Shown: positions 8,198 through 19,600, counted from the first letter of the stretch. The stretch is DNA of 64,000 bases from Planctomycetales bacterium (GCA_037441675.1 JBBIRS010000008.1:18778-82777); one strand, 5' to 3'. Notes: generated by a model not told the origin, from the sequence alone. Program-made: numbers and translations.

Positions 8198-10687
8198 ATG
8201 AATATCTTGGATTTCTTCTCATTTTCTGCTAGGAAGCTAATTGCAAAGAGTAACGAGGTTTGCTTGGAATTTAACAACCAGTTTATAGAACCCGAACACA
8301 TCTTTTACGCAATGCTTTCTCTCCAGCAGTGCTCCGCCCTGCAGGTTGTGCAACAGTTAGGGGTAAACATACCAAAGCTCCAATACACTCTCGAGAATTA
8401 TCTTTACCAGCATCTTGGCAATTACAAGGGCAGTCCAAATTTTAGTCGTAGGACCTTAAATTTACTTGAGGCTGCTAACCGCGAGGTAAAAAGGCTGAGG
8501 CATCGGGAGATCGGCACCACCCACATCCTTATCGCGCTCGCCCAAGAGGAGAGCGAATTCCTGCAATCAGTTTTTGCAGAGAACAACCTCACTGAAGACC
8601 TTATCCGTGAAACTTTTCTTAACTATTTGCGAGATGTAGGTAGGGGAAAAGAGAGACGTGAAAGACCTCAGGGCGCCGCGTTCAAATTTTCTCGGGATTT
8701 ATTGGAACTTGCAAAGGAGGGTAGGCTTGATCCAGTCATTGGAAGACAGCGTGAAATAAACCGTCTAACTCATATTCTATGTAAACGTGTCAAGAATAAT
8801 CCAATGCTCGTAGGGGAACCTGGAGTGGGTAAAACGGCAATCGTGGAGGGACTTGCTCAGAGAATTTCAAAGGATCAGGTTCCACCTGCCCTAAGGGATA
8901 AAAGGATACTTGCACTGGATATGGCAGCGATTGTCGCTGGAACAAAGTTTCGCGGAGAATTTGAGGAAAGGCTTAAAGCAATCATAAAAGAAGTGCAGGA
9001 ATCCGAGGGCAAGATTATAATCTTCATTGACGAACTTCATACTATTCTTGGCGCTGGGAGCGCCGAGGGAAGCTTAGATGCTAGCAACATATTGAAGCCA
9101 GCCCTTGCAAGGGGAGAGCTGAGATGCATAGGCGCTACGACCTTCAAGGAGTTTCGGAAGTACTTTGAGCGCGACGGAGCACTTTCTAGAAGGTTTCAAC
9201 CAATTTTCGTGGAAGAACCTTCTTTTGAGGAAACCCTTGAAATACTGCGGGGTTTGAAGCCAGAGTATGAAAAGCACCACAAGGTAATTATCACTGAAGA
9301 AGCGCTACACCAGGCAATTTACCTATCTCAAAGGTTTATTCTTGACAGAAAACTCCCTGACAAGGCAATTGATGTGATGGACGAAGCATCAGCTTGGATC
9401 AATCTGGAAATGGAAGCAAGGAGAAGAAGTGGAGCGAAGCAGTCTCCCTTGGAAGACGATGAAACGCGGGAGCTTATAGAATCAGCCTCCTCGGGAGCTC
9501 CAACCCTTATTGAAAACTTTGACGCAACTGAAGTGGAAAAAGCTTCTAAGCTTCTTGGGATGAGTGATGATATTGAGATTGTCAGTAACGTCGTAGATGA
9601 AAGACACATCGCGAAAGTTGTAGAAATGTGGACGGGTATTCCAACCAAGACCATCACCATGGATGATCAGGAGAGAATACTACATCTTGACTCGGTTCTG
9701 CAGAAGAGAATAGTGGGTCAAGATGAGGCAATTGCCACAGTGGTGAAATCCTTAAAGAGGAGCTTTGCCGGAATACGTCAGCCAAATAGGCCCATTGGCT
9801 CTTTCATATTCTTAGGGCCGACTGGCGTGGGGAAGACCGAGCTTGCGAGGGTATTAGCTAAGGAGGTGTTTGCCCACCCTGATGCATTTATAAAGGTTGA
9901 TCTCTCTGAGTATTCTGAGAAGTTCACTGTTAGTAGGCTTATAGGCTCTCCACCAGGTTACGTTGGGTATGACGAGGGTGGACAGCTTACAGAGCAGGTG
10001 AAACGTCATCCGTATTCTCTGGTGCTTTTTGACGAAATGGAAAAAGCGCATCCTGATGTCTTTCACACTCTCCTTCAAGTCTTGGATGAGGGTGTTCTCA
10101 CAGACGGGCAAGGTAGAAAAGTTTACTTCCATAACACAATCATAATTTTCACGACTAACCTTGGTGGGCGGTTCCTTGATGCTTCAGGTGAAATTGGCTT
10201 CAAACAGGAGAAAGTAGAGGTTGAAAGCGATGAGGAAATAATGAGAAGGTATGCCGGTTATAGAAAAAGAGCGGAAGAATATCTGAAGTCATTCTTCAAG
10301 CCTGAATTTCTAAATCGCGTAGATGAGATAGTTTTCTTCAAACCACTAACTCGAGTGGATGCTCTTAAAATAGCGGAACTTGAACTATCTTACGTTCGTG
10401 AAAGGCTTTGCGATAATAAATATTTCGTTGAATTTACTGATAAGGTGTGCTCAAGAGTTGTTGAACTTGGCTTTTCCGGAACCTATGGCGCTAGAAATAT
10501 TAAGAGAACGATTACGAAGATTATAGAAGACCCCATAGCTGAGGCAATTTTAGCCAATAAATTAAGACCAATGCAGAGAGTTGAATGCACTTTCGATGAA
10601 GATGGAGAATTGTTGATCATCCCAGCTCCGGAAAATATCAACGTCTCCGAGGTTGTTCAAGAATCAGAGGTCGGTTCGGAAGGATAA
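8198..10687 (+). CDS. clpC: ClpA/ClpC-family AAA+ chaperone ATPase (Clp_N repeats plus two AAA modules)
   Basis: Two Walker A boxes ([16 protein letters not shown]), an N-terminal Clp_N repeat region, a short middle linker and a C-terminal D2 small domain; 829 aa. Confidence 0.85.
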   Translation: MNILDFFSFSARKLIAKSNEVCLEFNNQFIEPEHIFYAMLSLQQCSALQVVQQLGVNIPKLQYTLENYLYQHLGNYKGSPNFSRRTLNLLEAANREVKRLRHREIGTTHILIALAQEESEFLQSVFAENNLTEDLIRETFLNYLRDVGRGKERRERPQGAAFKFSRDLLELAKEGRLDPVIGRQREINRLTHILCKRVKNNPMLVGEPGVGKTAIVEGLAQRISKDQVPPALRDKRILALDMAAIVAGTKFRGEFEERLKAIIKEVQESEGKIIIFIDELHTILGAGSAEGSLDASNILKPALARGELRCIGATTFKEFRKYFERDGALSRRFQPIFVEEPSFEETLEILRGLKPEYEKHHKVIITEEALHQAIYLSQRFILDRKLPDKAIDVMDEASAWINLEMEARRRSGAKQSPLEDDETRELIESASSGAPTLIENFDATEVEKASKLLGMSDDIEIVSNVVDERHIAKVVEMWTGIPTKTITMDDQERILHLDSVLQKRIVGQDEAIATVVKSLKRSFAGIRQPNRPIGSFIFLGPTGVGKTELARVLAKEVFAHPDAFIKVDLSEYSEKFTVSRLIGSPPGYVGYDEGGQLTEQVKRHPYSLVLFDEMEKAHPDVFHTLLQVLDEGVLTDGQGRKVYFHNTIIIFTTNLGGRFLDASGEIGFKQEKVEVESDEEIMRRYAGYRKRAEEYLKSFFKPEFLNRVDEIVFFKPLTRVDALKIAELELSYVRERLCDNKYFVEFTDKVCSRVVELGFSGTYGARNIKRTITKIIEDPIAEAILANKLRPMQRVECTFDEDGELLIIPAPENINVSEVVQESEVGSEG

Positions 10688-10707
10688 GCTCATTAGCTTT
10701 AACCGCA

Positions 10708-11949
10708 TTACTTCTTCAAGTGCCTGCGGAGAAAGGCTGGAATATCTAGCTCCTCATCATCATTGGTAATAGTTTGCGCCGCTTCTTCATCAATTGCGGT
10801 AATCTCCGAGGCAACGAATTCACGCATAGCGGGACGACTAATCAACCTTCTTGATGAGGGGGTTGGAGAGAAACCAGTTGCGAGAACCATAACCTTGACA
10901 GAATCGTGCTTTTCCTTATCTATGATAGCGCCAAAGATAATATTTGCGTCCTGATCAACACGCTCAGATACCAGGGTTGCGGCTTCATTAACCTCCTGTA
11001 AGGTAAGATCCCTGCCTCCGGTGAAGTTTATCAACACTCCAGTCGCGCCATCTATACTGCTCTCAAGAAGTGGACTTATTATTGCCTGTTCAACTGCTAC
11101 CCTGCTTCTGTTCTCACCGCTAGCCTCGCCAAGTCCAATAAGTGCAGTTCCAGAATCTTTCATAACCATTTTAACGTCTGCAAAGTCAAGGTTGATGAGT
11201 CCAGGCTTGAGGATAAGCTCGCTAATACCGATTACACCCTGTCTGAGTATCTCATCAGCCATCATAAAGGCATCCTGAAGTCCGGTAGTCGCGCTGGCTA
11301 GATCAAGCAGTTTGTCGTTGGGAATTACTATTAGGGAATCCACATTCTGGCGAAGATTCTCAATGCCTTCTTCGGCTATCCTTGACCTTCTTCTCCCTTC
11401 AAAGGCGAAGGGACGAGTAACAACACCAACGGTGAGAGCGCCACCTTCCTTTGCAGTAAGAGCGATAAGAGGACTTGCCCCGGTTCCAGTCCCACCACCC
11501 ATTCCGCATGTGATAAACACCATATCAGCATTGCGAACCATTTCAGCAATATCGGATCTACTTTCCTCCGCTGCCTTCTTGCCGATTTCGGGATTGCTTC
11601 CAGAACCAAGTCCACGGGTGAGTTTGGCACCTAACTGGAGTTTGTGGGTAGCCTCGCTTCTTTGAAGCGCCTGAAAGTCTGTGTTTACCGCGATAAAGTC
11701 CACGCCAGATAGTCCGCTTTCAATCATTCTGTCCAAGGCGTTGCAACCGCCTCCCCCAACTCCAATTACCTTTATTTTTGCTTGTAAGTCTTCACGATAA
11801 TAATCGCTCATTAGCTTTTCCTCACTTCCAATATTACTTAATTGCCTGAAATCAGAGCCATAACCGGGAACACTGCGCGTATCAAGGTTAGAACTTGGAA
11901 TGTCCTTAGCATTACCGTAGACATCACCTTCAAACAGGTTCCCGCTCAC
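10708..11949 (-). CDS. ftsZ: Cell division GTPase FtsZ
   Basis: [13 protein letters not shown] tubulin signature, GGGTGTG, and a C-terminal DIPAFLRR peptide. An N-terminal extension of about 50 aa precedes the conserved core, so the true start may be the internal Met (MSDYY...). Confidence 0.9.
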   Translation of the reverse strand: MSGNLFEGDVYGNAKDIPSSNLDTRSVPGYGSDFRQLSNIGSEEKLMSDYYREDLQAKIKVIGVGGGGCNALDRMIESGLSGVDFIAVNTDFQALQRSEATHKLQLGAKLTRGLGSGSNPEIGKKAAEESRSDIAEMVRNADMVFITCGMGGGTGTGASPLIALTAKEGGALTVGVVTRPFAFEGRRRSRIAEEGIENLRQNVDSLIVIPNDKLLDLASATTGLQDAFMMADEILRQGVIGISELILKPGLINLDFADVKMVMKDSGTALIGLGEASGENRSRVAVEQAIISPLLESSIDGATGVLINFTGGRDLTLQEVNEAATLVSERVDQDANIIFGAIIDKEKHDSVKVMVLATGFSPTPSSRRLISRPAMREFVASEITAIDEEAAQTITNDDEELDIPAFLRRHLKK

Positions 11950-12041
11950 ATTCAGCGGGTTAAATCATAAGACAAAAGACTAATTCTGGCAAGCCTTATC
12001 ATTTATCTATCTAAATTGTGCACAAAAATAAGTTTGGGGAT

Positions 12042-12698
12042 TTACTTTAAGCCTCGCTGAAGGTAGTAACTTATAACTTCCATATTGGTGGTTAAATCCA
12101 CATTGATGCAAATTATGTCAGGCGGGAGAGAAAGCGGAACAGGGGCAAAGTTCAGGATGCCCTTAACTCCAGCGGCAAGTAAAGTGTTGGCAACAAATTG
12201 TGCGGAAAATGCAGGAACGCAAATAATCCCAATGCTTATTGGTCCCTTCTTTTTCACATACTCCTCAACTGTGAACACGGACATAATTTCCAAGTCGTTT
12301 ATTTTGGTGCCAACCTTAGCAGGGTCTGAATCAAAAAGACCAACTATCTTGAAACCCTTTTCCGCAAAGCCTTTATAGCCAAGAAGCGCTCTTCCCAGAT
12401 GACCAACTCCAACAAGAATGACTTTTCGCTCTTTATTCAAACCAAGTATCTTCTTGATTTGGGTTATTAAGAGTTTGGTTTCATAGCCAACACCTCGTAC
12501 TCCAAACTCACCAAAGTAACTTAGGTCTTTACGAACGAGAAAGGAATTGACCTTCGCCTCTTTGGCAAGCTCGTTGCTAGAAATTTTGAGAGTGCCAACC
12601 GCCTCAACCCGCTCTAGAATCTTTAGATATTGGGCGAGACGCACTACCGTCGAATAGGGAATTTCGTTGCTTCTTGTTTTAATTGCTTTACGAGGCAC
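12042..12698 (-). CDS. rex: Redox-sensing transcriptional repressor Rex
   Basis: N-terminal winged helix (IPYSTVVRLAQYLKIL) and a Rossmann NADH-binding domain (ILVGVGHLGRALL); 218 aa. Confidence 0.85.
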   Translation of the reverse strand: MPRKAIKTRSNEIPYSTVVRLAQYLKILERVEAVGTLKISSNELAKEAKVNSFLVRKDLSYFGEFGVRGVGYETKLLITQIKKILGLNKERKVILVGVGHLGRALLGYKGFAEKGFKIVGLFDSDPAKVGTKINDLEIMSVFTVEEYVKKKGPISIGIICVPAFSAQFVANTLLAAGVKGILNFAPVPLSLPPDIICINVDLTTNMEVISYYLQRGLK

Positions 12699-12704
12699 TT
12701 TTAC

Positions 12705-12723
12705 CTACCTCCGTTAATGATAT
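12705..12723. promoter_or_regulatory. Weak candidate Rex-box (TAATGAT-attc-TTCACAA) just upstream of the rex start
   Basis: Right half-site TTCACAA is perfect; the left half matches 4 of 7 positions of TTGTGAA. Position is consistent with autoregulation. Confidence 0.15.
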
Positions 12724-13179
12724 TCTTCACAAGCCTGACTGAATAAAGTTAGCATATTTCTATGAACTTTGTAAAATATTTAACATAATATTTCCCCTTG
12801 AATTTTAGCATTACCTCTTAAAATTGAAGCTATAGTGAATTTTGCTTCAAATAAATATGTATAAATAGTCTTTCATTGTTGGTAAAAACTAAATTTTATA
12901 CTGTGAGGGCTTTAGTACTTTTGCGCAAAAAGCTTGGAATAAAAGAAGCTTGGAATAAATAGGGGACCTTCAATTAAACTGTAGGTCCCCTTTGTTGGCG
13001 GTTACTTCTTTCACCGCCAAACGCCTAGGTTAGGAGGGTTATATAAATTCATAATAAAATATACCGAAAATCAATTACAATTGCAACTAAAAATCAAACT
13101 CATCCCTCTTCATAGAACAAACTTCGCCAATTAACTCTCCTATGCTAAAATATATTTATTTAGTAATCAGAGCATAATT

Positions 13180-14928
13180 ATGATAAGGAATAATTTTACT
13201 GGGTTTAATTTAGTATTTTGCTTTTTGCTTTTGCTTCTCGCTTCGTGTGGTGGTGGAGTAACTTCTAACAACATACTCTCTCCTCATTCTAGTGATAACG
13301 ATAATTTTCAGAAAGGTTTACCGATAAATTACTCTATCTCTGTTGTTCCTCTGAATCTAAATTACAGTGCGCCAAGAATTGAAATTCGCAGAATATCCAA
13401 CACAATTCCTGGTGAAAATCTGATTGCGCGATTTAGGGTAGATTTCCCGGAAGGAGTAACATTTCCCATTCTAGTTGACTTACTCTTTAAGGGGAACGCA
13501 CCTAAAATCAATTCGGACGAGACTGTAGTTCTGAAGCAGTTATTAGGAGTATCAACCAAGCCAGTTGGGTTTGCTCAGCAAGTAAGCTCCGGATTCAGAG
13601 CATTAATTCCTAGGGATGGTGAATACATTTTGGCGAGAATAGCTCGTCAAGCAGTTCCTATTGATAGCTTCATGATATTTGCTAGCGCAGATAGAACCAG
13701 CGGAAGCGCTCCTCTAACCGTTAATTTTTCCGCTCGTCCTTTGAATGAAACGGGTAGTGTTAGTTATAATTGGCAGTTTGGTGATGGTGGAACTTCCAAT
13801 GAGCAAAACCCAACTTACACTTATACCACCCCGGGAAATTATGTTGTTCTTCTGAGCGCTGAGGACTCTGCTGAAAATCAGTTCTTCTCGTTTTCCACGC
13901 CAATTGAGGTTATTGGGGTTGGCGTAGCCTCTATCTCGGGAATTGTGCGAAACGCATCTACCGGTTTACCCTTAAGCGGGATACTAGTGACGCTCGTCAG
14001 AGCTGACTTAAGTTTTTCCTCAACTACAACTGATTCTTCAGGCTTCTACGAGTTTACAAACCTACCCGCTGGGGAATACTCGTTAATTTTCTCAGGTTCT
14101 GGATTCACCTCTTACACTCAGGTGGTATCGGTGAGCGAACTACCTATCAGAGTTGATAGCAATCTCAGAGCTGCGGATGTTATACCAACTTCTACGCCTA
14201 CTTTCCTCTTTAATATGCCTCCGTATACTCTAGATGCAGTAAGCGGTATCGCCACAATTGATGCGTCAATACAGGAATATGTTGGAGATTCTGTTTTGAG
14301 GATATTGAACGGGAGAGCATCAACTATACCCTTTGTTCTTGAGCAGGATACTGGCATCATAGGGAGATTTGTGGACACGATAATACTCACCTTGGGGACA
14401 AACTCAATTCGCTATGTTTGCGCTAACCACACGGGTGTGACTGTCTCCGATGAAATCATAATTGAATGGACACCACAGGCGGGAGAAAGAATTCTCTTCC
14501 GTGCGACACTAACCTGGGACAGGGGAACGGAAACAAACGCCCATGATATGGACTTGCACGTGGTTGACCCAAATGGCGAGGAGGCGTATTACGCCAATCT
14601 AAACATCGGGACTGGCAATCTAGACGTGGATAACGTTATTGGCTTTGGGCCGGAAAACTTTACCGCAATTGTACCTGCCCGCCAGAATCCAGTTCCTGGC
14701 ACGTATCACGTCTTCGTGGTTTACTTCAGTGGAATTGAACCAACTAACAACACTATTACCCTGCGCGTAAATCCCGGCACACCCAATGAAGAGGTCGTGA
14801 CAGTTGGCCCACATCTGCTTCAACAGGTTGATGAAATTTGGTATGCGGTTGACGTAATTGTTGATAGTTCTGGTCTTGCCACCTATGTTATTCCGGGAAC
14901 GCCTCCGGGCGCAACCTTTCCGAACTAA
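13180..14928 (+). CDS. Large secreted lipoprotein with PKD and carboxypeptidase-regulatory-like domains plus an uncharacterised C-terminal domain
   Basis: Signal peptide with lipobox LLLASCGG. PKD signature YNWQFGDGGTSNEQNPTYTYTTPGNYVV. CarbopepD_reg-like segment SGFYEFTNLPAGEYSL. Ends at TAA 14926-14928. Confidence 0.6.
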   Translation: MIRNNFTGFNLVFCFLLLLLASCGGGVTSNNILSPHSSDNDNFQKGLPINYSISVVPLNLNYSAPRIEIRRISNTIPGENLIARFRVDFPEGVTFPILVDLLFKGNAPKINSDETVVLKQLLGVSTKPVGFAQQVSSGFRALIPRDGEYILARIARQAVPIDSFMIFASADRTSGSAPLTVNFSARPLNETGSVSYNWQFGDGGTSNEQNPTYTYTTPGNYVVLLSAEDSAENQFFSFSTPIEVIGVGVASISGIVRNASTGLPLSGILVTLVRADLSFSSTTTDSSGFYEFTNLPAGEYSLIFSGSGFTSYTQVVSVSELPIRVDSNLRAADVIPTSTPTFLFNMPPYTLDAVSGIATIDASIQEYVGDSVLRILNGRASTIPFVLEQDTGIIGRFVDTIILTLGTNSIRYVCANHTGVTVSDEIIIEWTPQAGERILFRATLTWDRGTETNAHDMDLHVVDPNGEEAYYANLNIGTGNLDVDNVIGFGPENFTAIVPARQNPVPGTYHVFVVYFSGIEPTNNTITLRVNPGTPNEEVVTVGPHLLQQVDEIWYAVDVIVDSSGLATYVIPGTPPGATFPN

Positions 14929-15168
14929 CTTGGCACTTGGAGCGGCAGTTGGGCTAGCGTTTATGGCGTGGATAGCGGTACCTTTGTCGCGGATATCACC
15001 TTTCAATCTGGTGAAGATTTCACAGCATTCATAGTATTGACATACGTTCCAAATTTACCAAACGCTAATGTAAGTGGCAGTGTAATAACAGATGGTAGTA
15101 TCACAATCGGCGCGATAGATTCGGAAAACCAACAACAGGTTATCACCTTCTCTGGAAATGTTTTCTGA
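14929..15168 (+). other. 80-codon in-frame continuation directly after the TAA stop of the 13180-14928 gene (candidate readthrough extension or nonsense-split C-terminal domain)
   Basis: Same reading frame as the upstream gene: LGTWSGSWASVYGVDSGTFVADITFQSGEDFTAFIVLTYVPNLPNANVSGSVITDGSITIGAIDSENQQQVITFSGNVF. Beta-rich, protein-like composition. Confidence 0.4.
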
Positions 15169-15346
15169 AGCATAATGGCTGGAACATACACGACGATTTC
15201 GGGAGATAGTGACTCTTCGTGCGCGAACCGAACCTGAAATGCATTTCAATGAGCTAAGAGATAGAGAGTGAGTGAGAATGAAGCCATTTCTTCAGCTTTA
15301 AGAAATGAGCGGGGAAGTTACTTCTATGTGGGATGGGAGTTCGCCC

Positions 15347-15766
15347 TCAGACGCCTTTATGTTCCTCACTTTCTGGAAGTTTTAACAGGCTTTCCTCTTC
15401 TTCGCGTTTTTTCTTCTCTTCCTCGAGTTTCTTTTTCAGCTCTGGGAATTGTTCTTTGATATACTCTTGGCGTTTCACAGGGTCAAGCGCAGCAAGAGGA
15501 GAACGAGCGTAAAACTCAATGAAACCGCATTTAAGACACATATAGGTATCAATGGGAGTAGCGCGGTCGTACTTGACTTGCATCCATCCATATGTGGCAA
15601 CAAAATGAGGCTCTCTCGTCACTCCAAAGTTGGCAACGCTTGAAAACTCACCCTTGAGCATTTCGCCATTGCACTTGGGGCAACGCCTCTCGTCGGAGTG
15701 AGCCTTTCCCGTGTCAGCCGGGAACTCAATCTCACCCGGCTTACCCTTTCTTTTCGGCATTGACAC
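15347..15766 (-). CDS. Zinc-ribbon protein (CxxC...CxxC) with a charged, K/E-rich C-terminal tail; hypothetical
   Basis: CPKCNGEM...CLKCGF pattern; 139 aa. Confidence 0.5.
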   Translation of the reverse strand: MSMPKRKGKPGEIEFPADTGKAHSDERRCPKCNGEMLKGEFSSVANFGVTREPHFVATYGWMQVKYDRATPIDTYMCLKCGFIEFYARSPLAALDPVKRQEYIKEQFPELKKKLEEEKKKREEEESLLKLPESEEHKGV

Positions 15767-15851
15767 CGTCCTTATATTTTAACATCAATGGCGGATTTAC
15801 TAGTTTTTTAAGTTGTTTATTTATCTTATGCTTAGCTATTCCCAATCATCC

Positions 15852-16469
15852 TCACCACAATACCAATAGAGCTAAAACTACGAAAGCAGCGGAAATTAGA
15901 GGTAGCCATAACATCCATCCATCAACAATGTCACTTTTTATGATAAACACCATTATGGGTTCACTGCCTATGATCTCTTCCTCATAGGTGCCGTTTGTCT
16001 GTTGAAAGCGGATAAAATACTTTCCAGAGTCTCTTAGCTTGAAGGACGTTCTCTTGGAATAGTTCTCGCCAAAGGCGTTACTACCTGAAAGGATTAAATC
16101 AGTTTGTGGATGGATAACTTGTAGATTTTCATTCAAAATCTCTATCCTCGTTTCCCATGCGGGAATGGATATTGGTTTTCTCACCTTGAATGAGTAAATT
16201 GTCTTTGCGCCTGATTTTATGTAAAAGGGACCGAAAATTTTACCTCGGGTAATCTCTTCAACGGAAGCTTGCTGAAGCAGGATTATCCTCCCGGATAGAT
16301 AAGTTGCCCATAAGTAATAACCAAACGCTAGAATGAGAACTAAAACTATAACCGTGCCTTTCCTTCTTCTGTGATACATTCGTGAAAGGACGAGTTCTTC
16401 TTCGCTAAAGGATTTACCGCTTCCCCCGAACACGCATAGATTATAGAAGAATGGAGGCTTAATAAGCAA
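15852..16469 (-). CDS. Hypothetical membrane protein (N- and C-terminal TM helices)
   Basis: Hydrophobic segments at both ends; sits upstream of and co-oriented with the zinc-ribbon gene. Confidence 0.45.
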   Translation of the reverse strand: MLIKPPFFYNLCVFGGSGKSFSEEELVLSRMYHRRRKGTVIVLVLILAFGYYLWATYLSGRIILLQQASVEEITRGKIFGPFYIKSGAKTIYSFKVRKPISIPAWETRIEILNENLQVIHPQTDLILSGSNAFGENYSKRTSFKLRDSGKYFIRFQQTNGTYEEEIIGSEPIMVFIIKSDIVDGWMLWLPLISAAFVVLALLVLW

Positions 16470-16682
16470 TATACTGATATAGAAAGATAGTGAGCGTGAT
16501 AAATAAAGAACTAATAAAGGACTTAAAGAGCGATTGGATTACACTGCATCACTGTCAAATAAACCCTAAGAGGGTAAAATAAAAGTGAGCCCCGAAGCCA
16601 GTATAATTTTAAGGTAGCAAGGCGGGAAATTTTAGCTAATATCAAGATAACTATTGCAAGTATTTGGTGCGCAATTTATCTT

Positions 16683-19600
16683 TTGGCTAAATTGAGGAAG
16701 ATGAAAATGAAAAGAACACTCTGTTTACACAAATTACTTGCAGTTATGTTGCTTTTCCTGATAAGTTTTCATTTGTATTCATGTGGAAATGGGGGATTAA
16801 AGACTGTATCAACTCCGAGCCCAATTGCGAATCAAATTACCGCATTTAGCGATTCTTCCGAAGAGGAACTAAAGTTACAAGCGGGCAATATCGCAGAGCC
16901 GATAGACCCTTTAGAGCTTGGGAGGGAATTAGCGGTATCAACCGCTGGAAATCCTGAGTTTTCCCTATTTCTTCAAGACAATAGGAACAACCTGATAGAT
17001 AATGCTCCCTTCCGCTTGGAAATTTCCATCACATTAACGGGGGATCTTTCAGTGGGGATTGTCACTACATCGGATATGGAAGGATTACCATCCCTGCTAG
17101 GTTATCTCAGGTATGCCTCGGACAAACTCCACGTGGAAGAGGTTAATTGGAATGAGTATGTCTACTCCGCGGATGAAGCCATTTTATTTTCTGCGATAAT
17201 TCCGAAGCATCTTGCGCTAGCAGTTGAACCTATTGGCGATGTCCATCTTAAGCCGATTGAAGCTGGCACCCGCATACTTGAGGTAATCTTCTCCAATTCC
17301 AGTGAAAACGCACGAAAAGCCGTAAGCCTAGCCCCAAGAGGCGCAAACAACAAAGTAATTCCAGAACTTAATTGGATTGGCGGAAGGCTAGCGCTTAACT
17401 TTGAAGGAAGGAATATGGGGGATTACAACTTGGATGGAGCGGTTAGCATTGCTGATGTCTCGATTTTAGCGCAAAGGTTCCACAAGAGAAGAACAGAACC
17501 CAACTGGGACGCCAGGGATAATGTCGTGGATGGGAATGGAAATGGCGCCATTGAGATAGGGGATGTCAAGGTCATTGCGGACAACTTCTTCTCAAGGCTC
17601 TCTGGTTATGACATTGATTTCGCATTTGTACCGGTTGATTCTCCCGAACCTAAAGCTTTTGAGCGCATTGTAAATACTCAAGATTCTTCCAAGCCAACTG
17701 TTGAGTTCGTCATTCCTCCTCCTACCTCCGGTTGGCCAACCTTTAACTTTGAGCTTCCAGATAGGGGATTTGGAACCTATTACGTAAAAGTTATCCCGGT
17801 TGGTAAAACCCTAGATGATAGGGGAATTGAAAGTGACGTCGTTTCCGCTGAAAGAATTAACATTCCCCCTCTTCCACCATCAAACTTCCATTTTACTTCA
17901 TTCACGAAGAACAGTGTTAGCTTGGCATGGGCGGTATCCTCGGAAACTGACGTTGTTGGCTATCATATCTATTTCACTGATGATCCAAACGCTGATTCAT
18001 TAGAGGAGTTGACCAAGGCGAATTCAGAGATAATTCCCCGTTTCACTACAACGTTTGAAGTTACAAATCTTACCACCAACACGACCTACTACTTCTTTAT
18101 AGCGTCAGAGGATGCGAATGGGCTGCTTTCAGAAGAAGCTAGAATCTTAGCGACTAGAATTTCAGTGGAAGTACTTGACCTTCCGCCCGCTCCTCCAGCT
18201 AATTTCCGAGTTAGCGAAACAACTTACACGAGTGTCTCCCTAGCCTGGGATGAGAGCCAAGAGAGCGATGTTGTGGGTTATAACATTTATTACACGACGG
18301 TGGCGGATGCCCAGTTAAGCCAGTATCAGCTAGCCAATCCTTCATTGATACCAGTTGCAACTATTGGGTTTACTTTAGAGCCTCTCACTGAGTTCACAAC
18401 TTACTATTTCGTTATATCCGCTGTTGATGAGGGCGGGCATGAGAGCCTAGAGCCTGATATTCTGGCGACCAGGGTTCAAGCATTGACAGTTGTTCTGCCC
18501 ATTGCGGTGGCAAAGATTCTGGAAAAGGAGCAGTACGGGCAAATATATGAGGATTATCCGTTGACCTTTTCAGCAGAGGATTCATACTCTCCAGCTGGTG
18601 CACGTTTAGTTGAATTCACATGGGACTTTGGAGATGGAAGTCCAATTGAGACAATTCCGGCGTCGGGAACCGCACATCACATATACCCCGCACCCAGCTT
18701 AGGGTATAACGTGACTTTGACGGTGAAGGATGAGTATGGTGTGGAGAGTTCAACAATTATCCAAACTGGAACAATAAATCAGCTAACGGAGCAGAGAATC
18801 CTCCTCGTATGGAACATAAACTCGCCCAACGTGGACGGCGTTATCAAAGACTATTACGGAAGCCCCTACACCGGTCGCGGAATACCCGCGGAGTTCGTCT
18901 TGGGGTTACCCTTGTCAATGAATGAAGAAATCTCCCGGTCAGAATACGACAATTCCATCCGCATGCCCATACAAGATTACCTTAATAACACCATTGTTCA
19001 AACACCTCAAGGACAGAGAGCGCTCCGTAACGTCATTCACTACATAGTTACCACCAAGGATGTTCCGTTAAAGATAAGCGGAGCTAACAACGCCGCAGTG
19101 GACAGCGAGCTAACCTTGCTCTTTGAAACCTATGACCTCGCGAACGGTATCTACAACCCTTTCTATGGCTGGGAAAGCAGTGACCATTTTGATAAGGGCA
19201 ATATGGCAAAATCTCAGCGGTGGCAACCATTTTCATTTACGGCTAGGGAGCCCGACTGGCTCCCAGCTTTCGGCTGGGATGGAACTGATACCGCCACGAT
19301 TGACTATCTTGTGACCAGACTTACCGCGTATACGTTAGAAGAAACTCTAGCGATGATTGACCGTAGCCTTAACGCGTATTCGGGTAACGAATACTACATC
19401 ATCCTTGACGATCAGTTTAAGGATTATGACCGAATGAACGACCCACCGTGGCCCAACATTTGGCCACAAGACAAATCGGCAACGACTGTACTAACAAACT
19501 TGGGATATCACGTCTATTCAGACACAACCCACCAGGGCGACCTCATAACCGCAGCATTTCTGGGCGACCCGAGTATTTCAAACAACGTTCTGGGGTACTG

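Noticed and set aside
9328-9660. Antisense ORFs inside clpC, ftsZ, the M6 protease and other long genes (for example 9328-9660, 11312-11665, 36894-37265)
   Set aside because: Fully embedded antisense to strongly conserved genes, with biased low-complexity composition (Ser/Leu/Arg-rich). Typical shadow ORFs.
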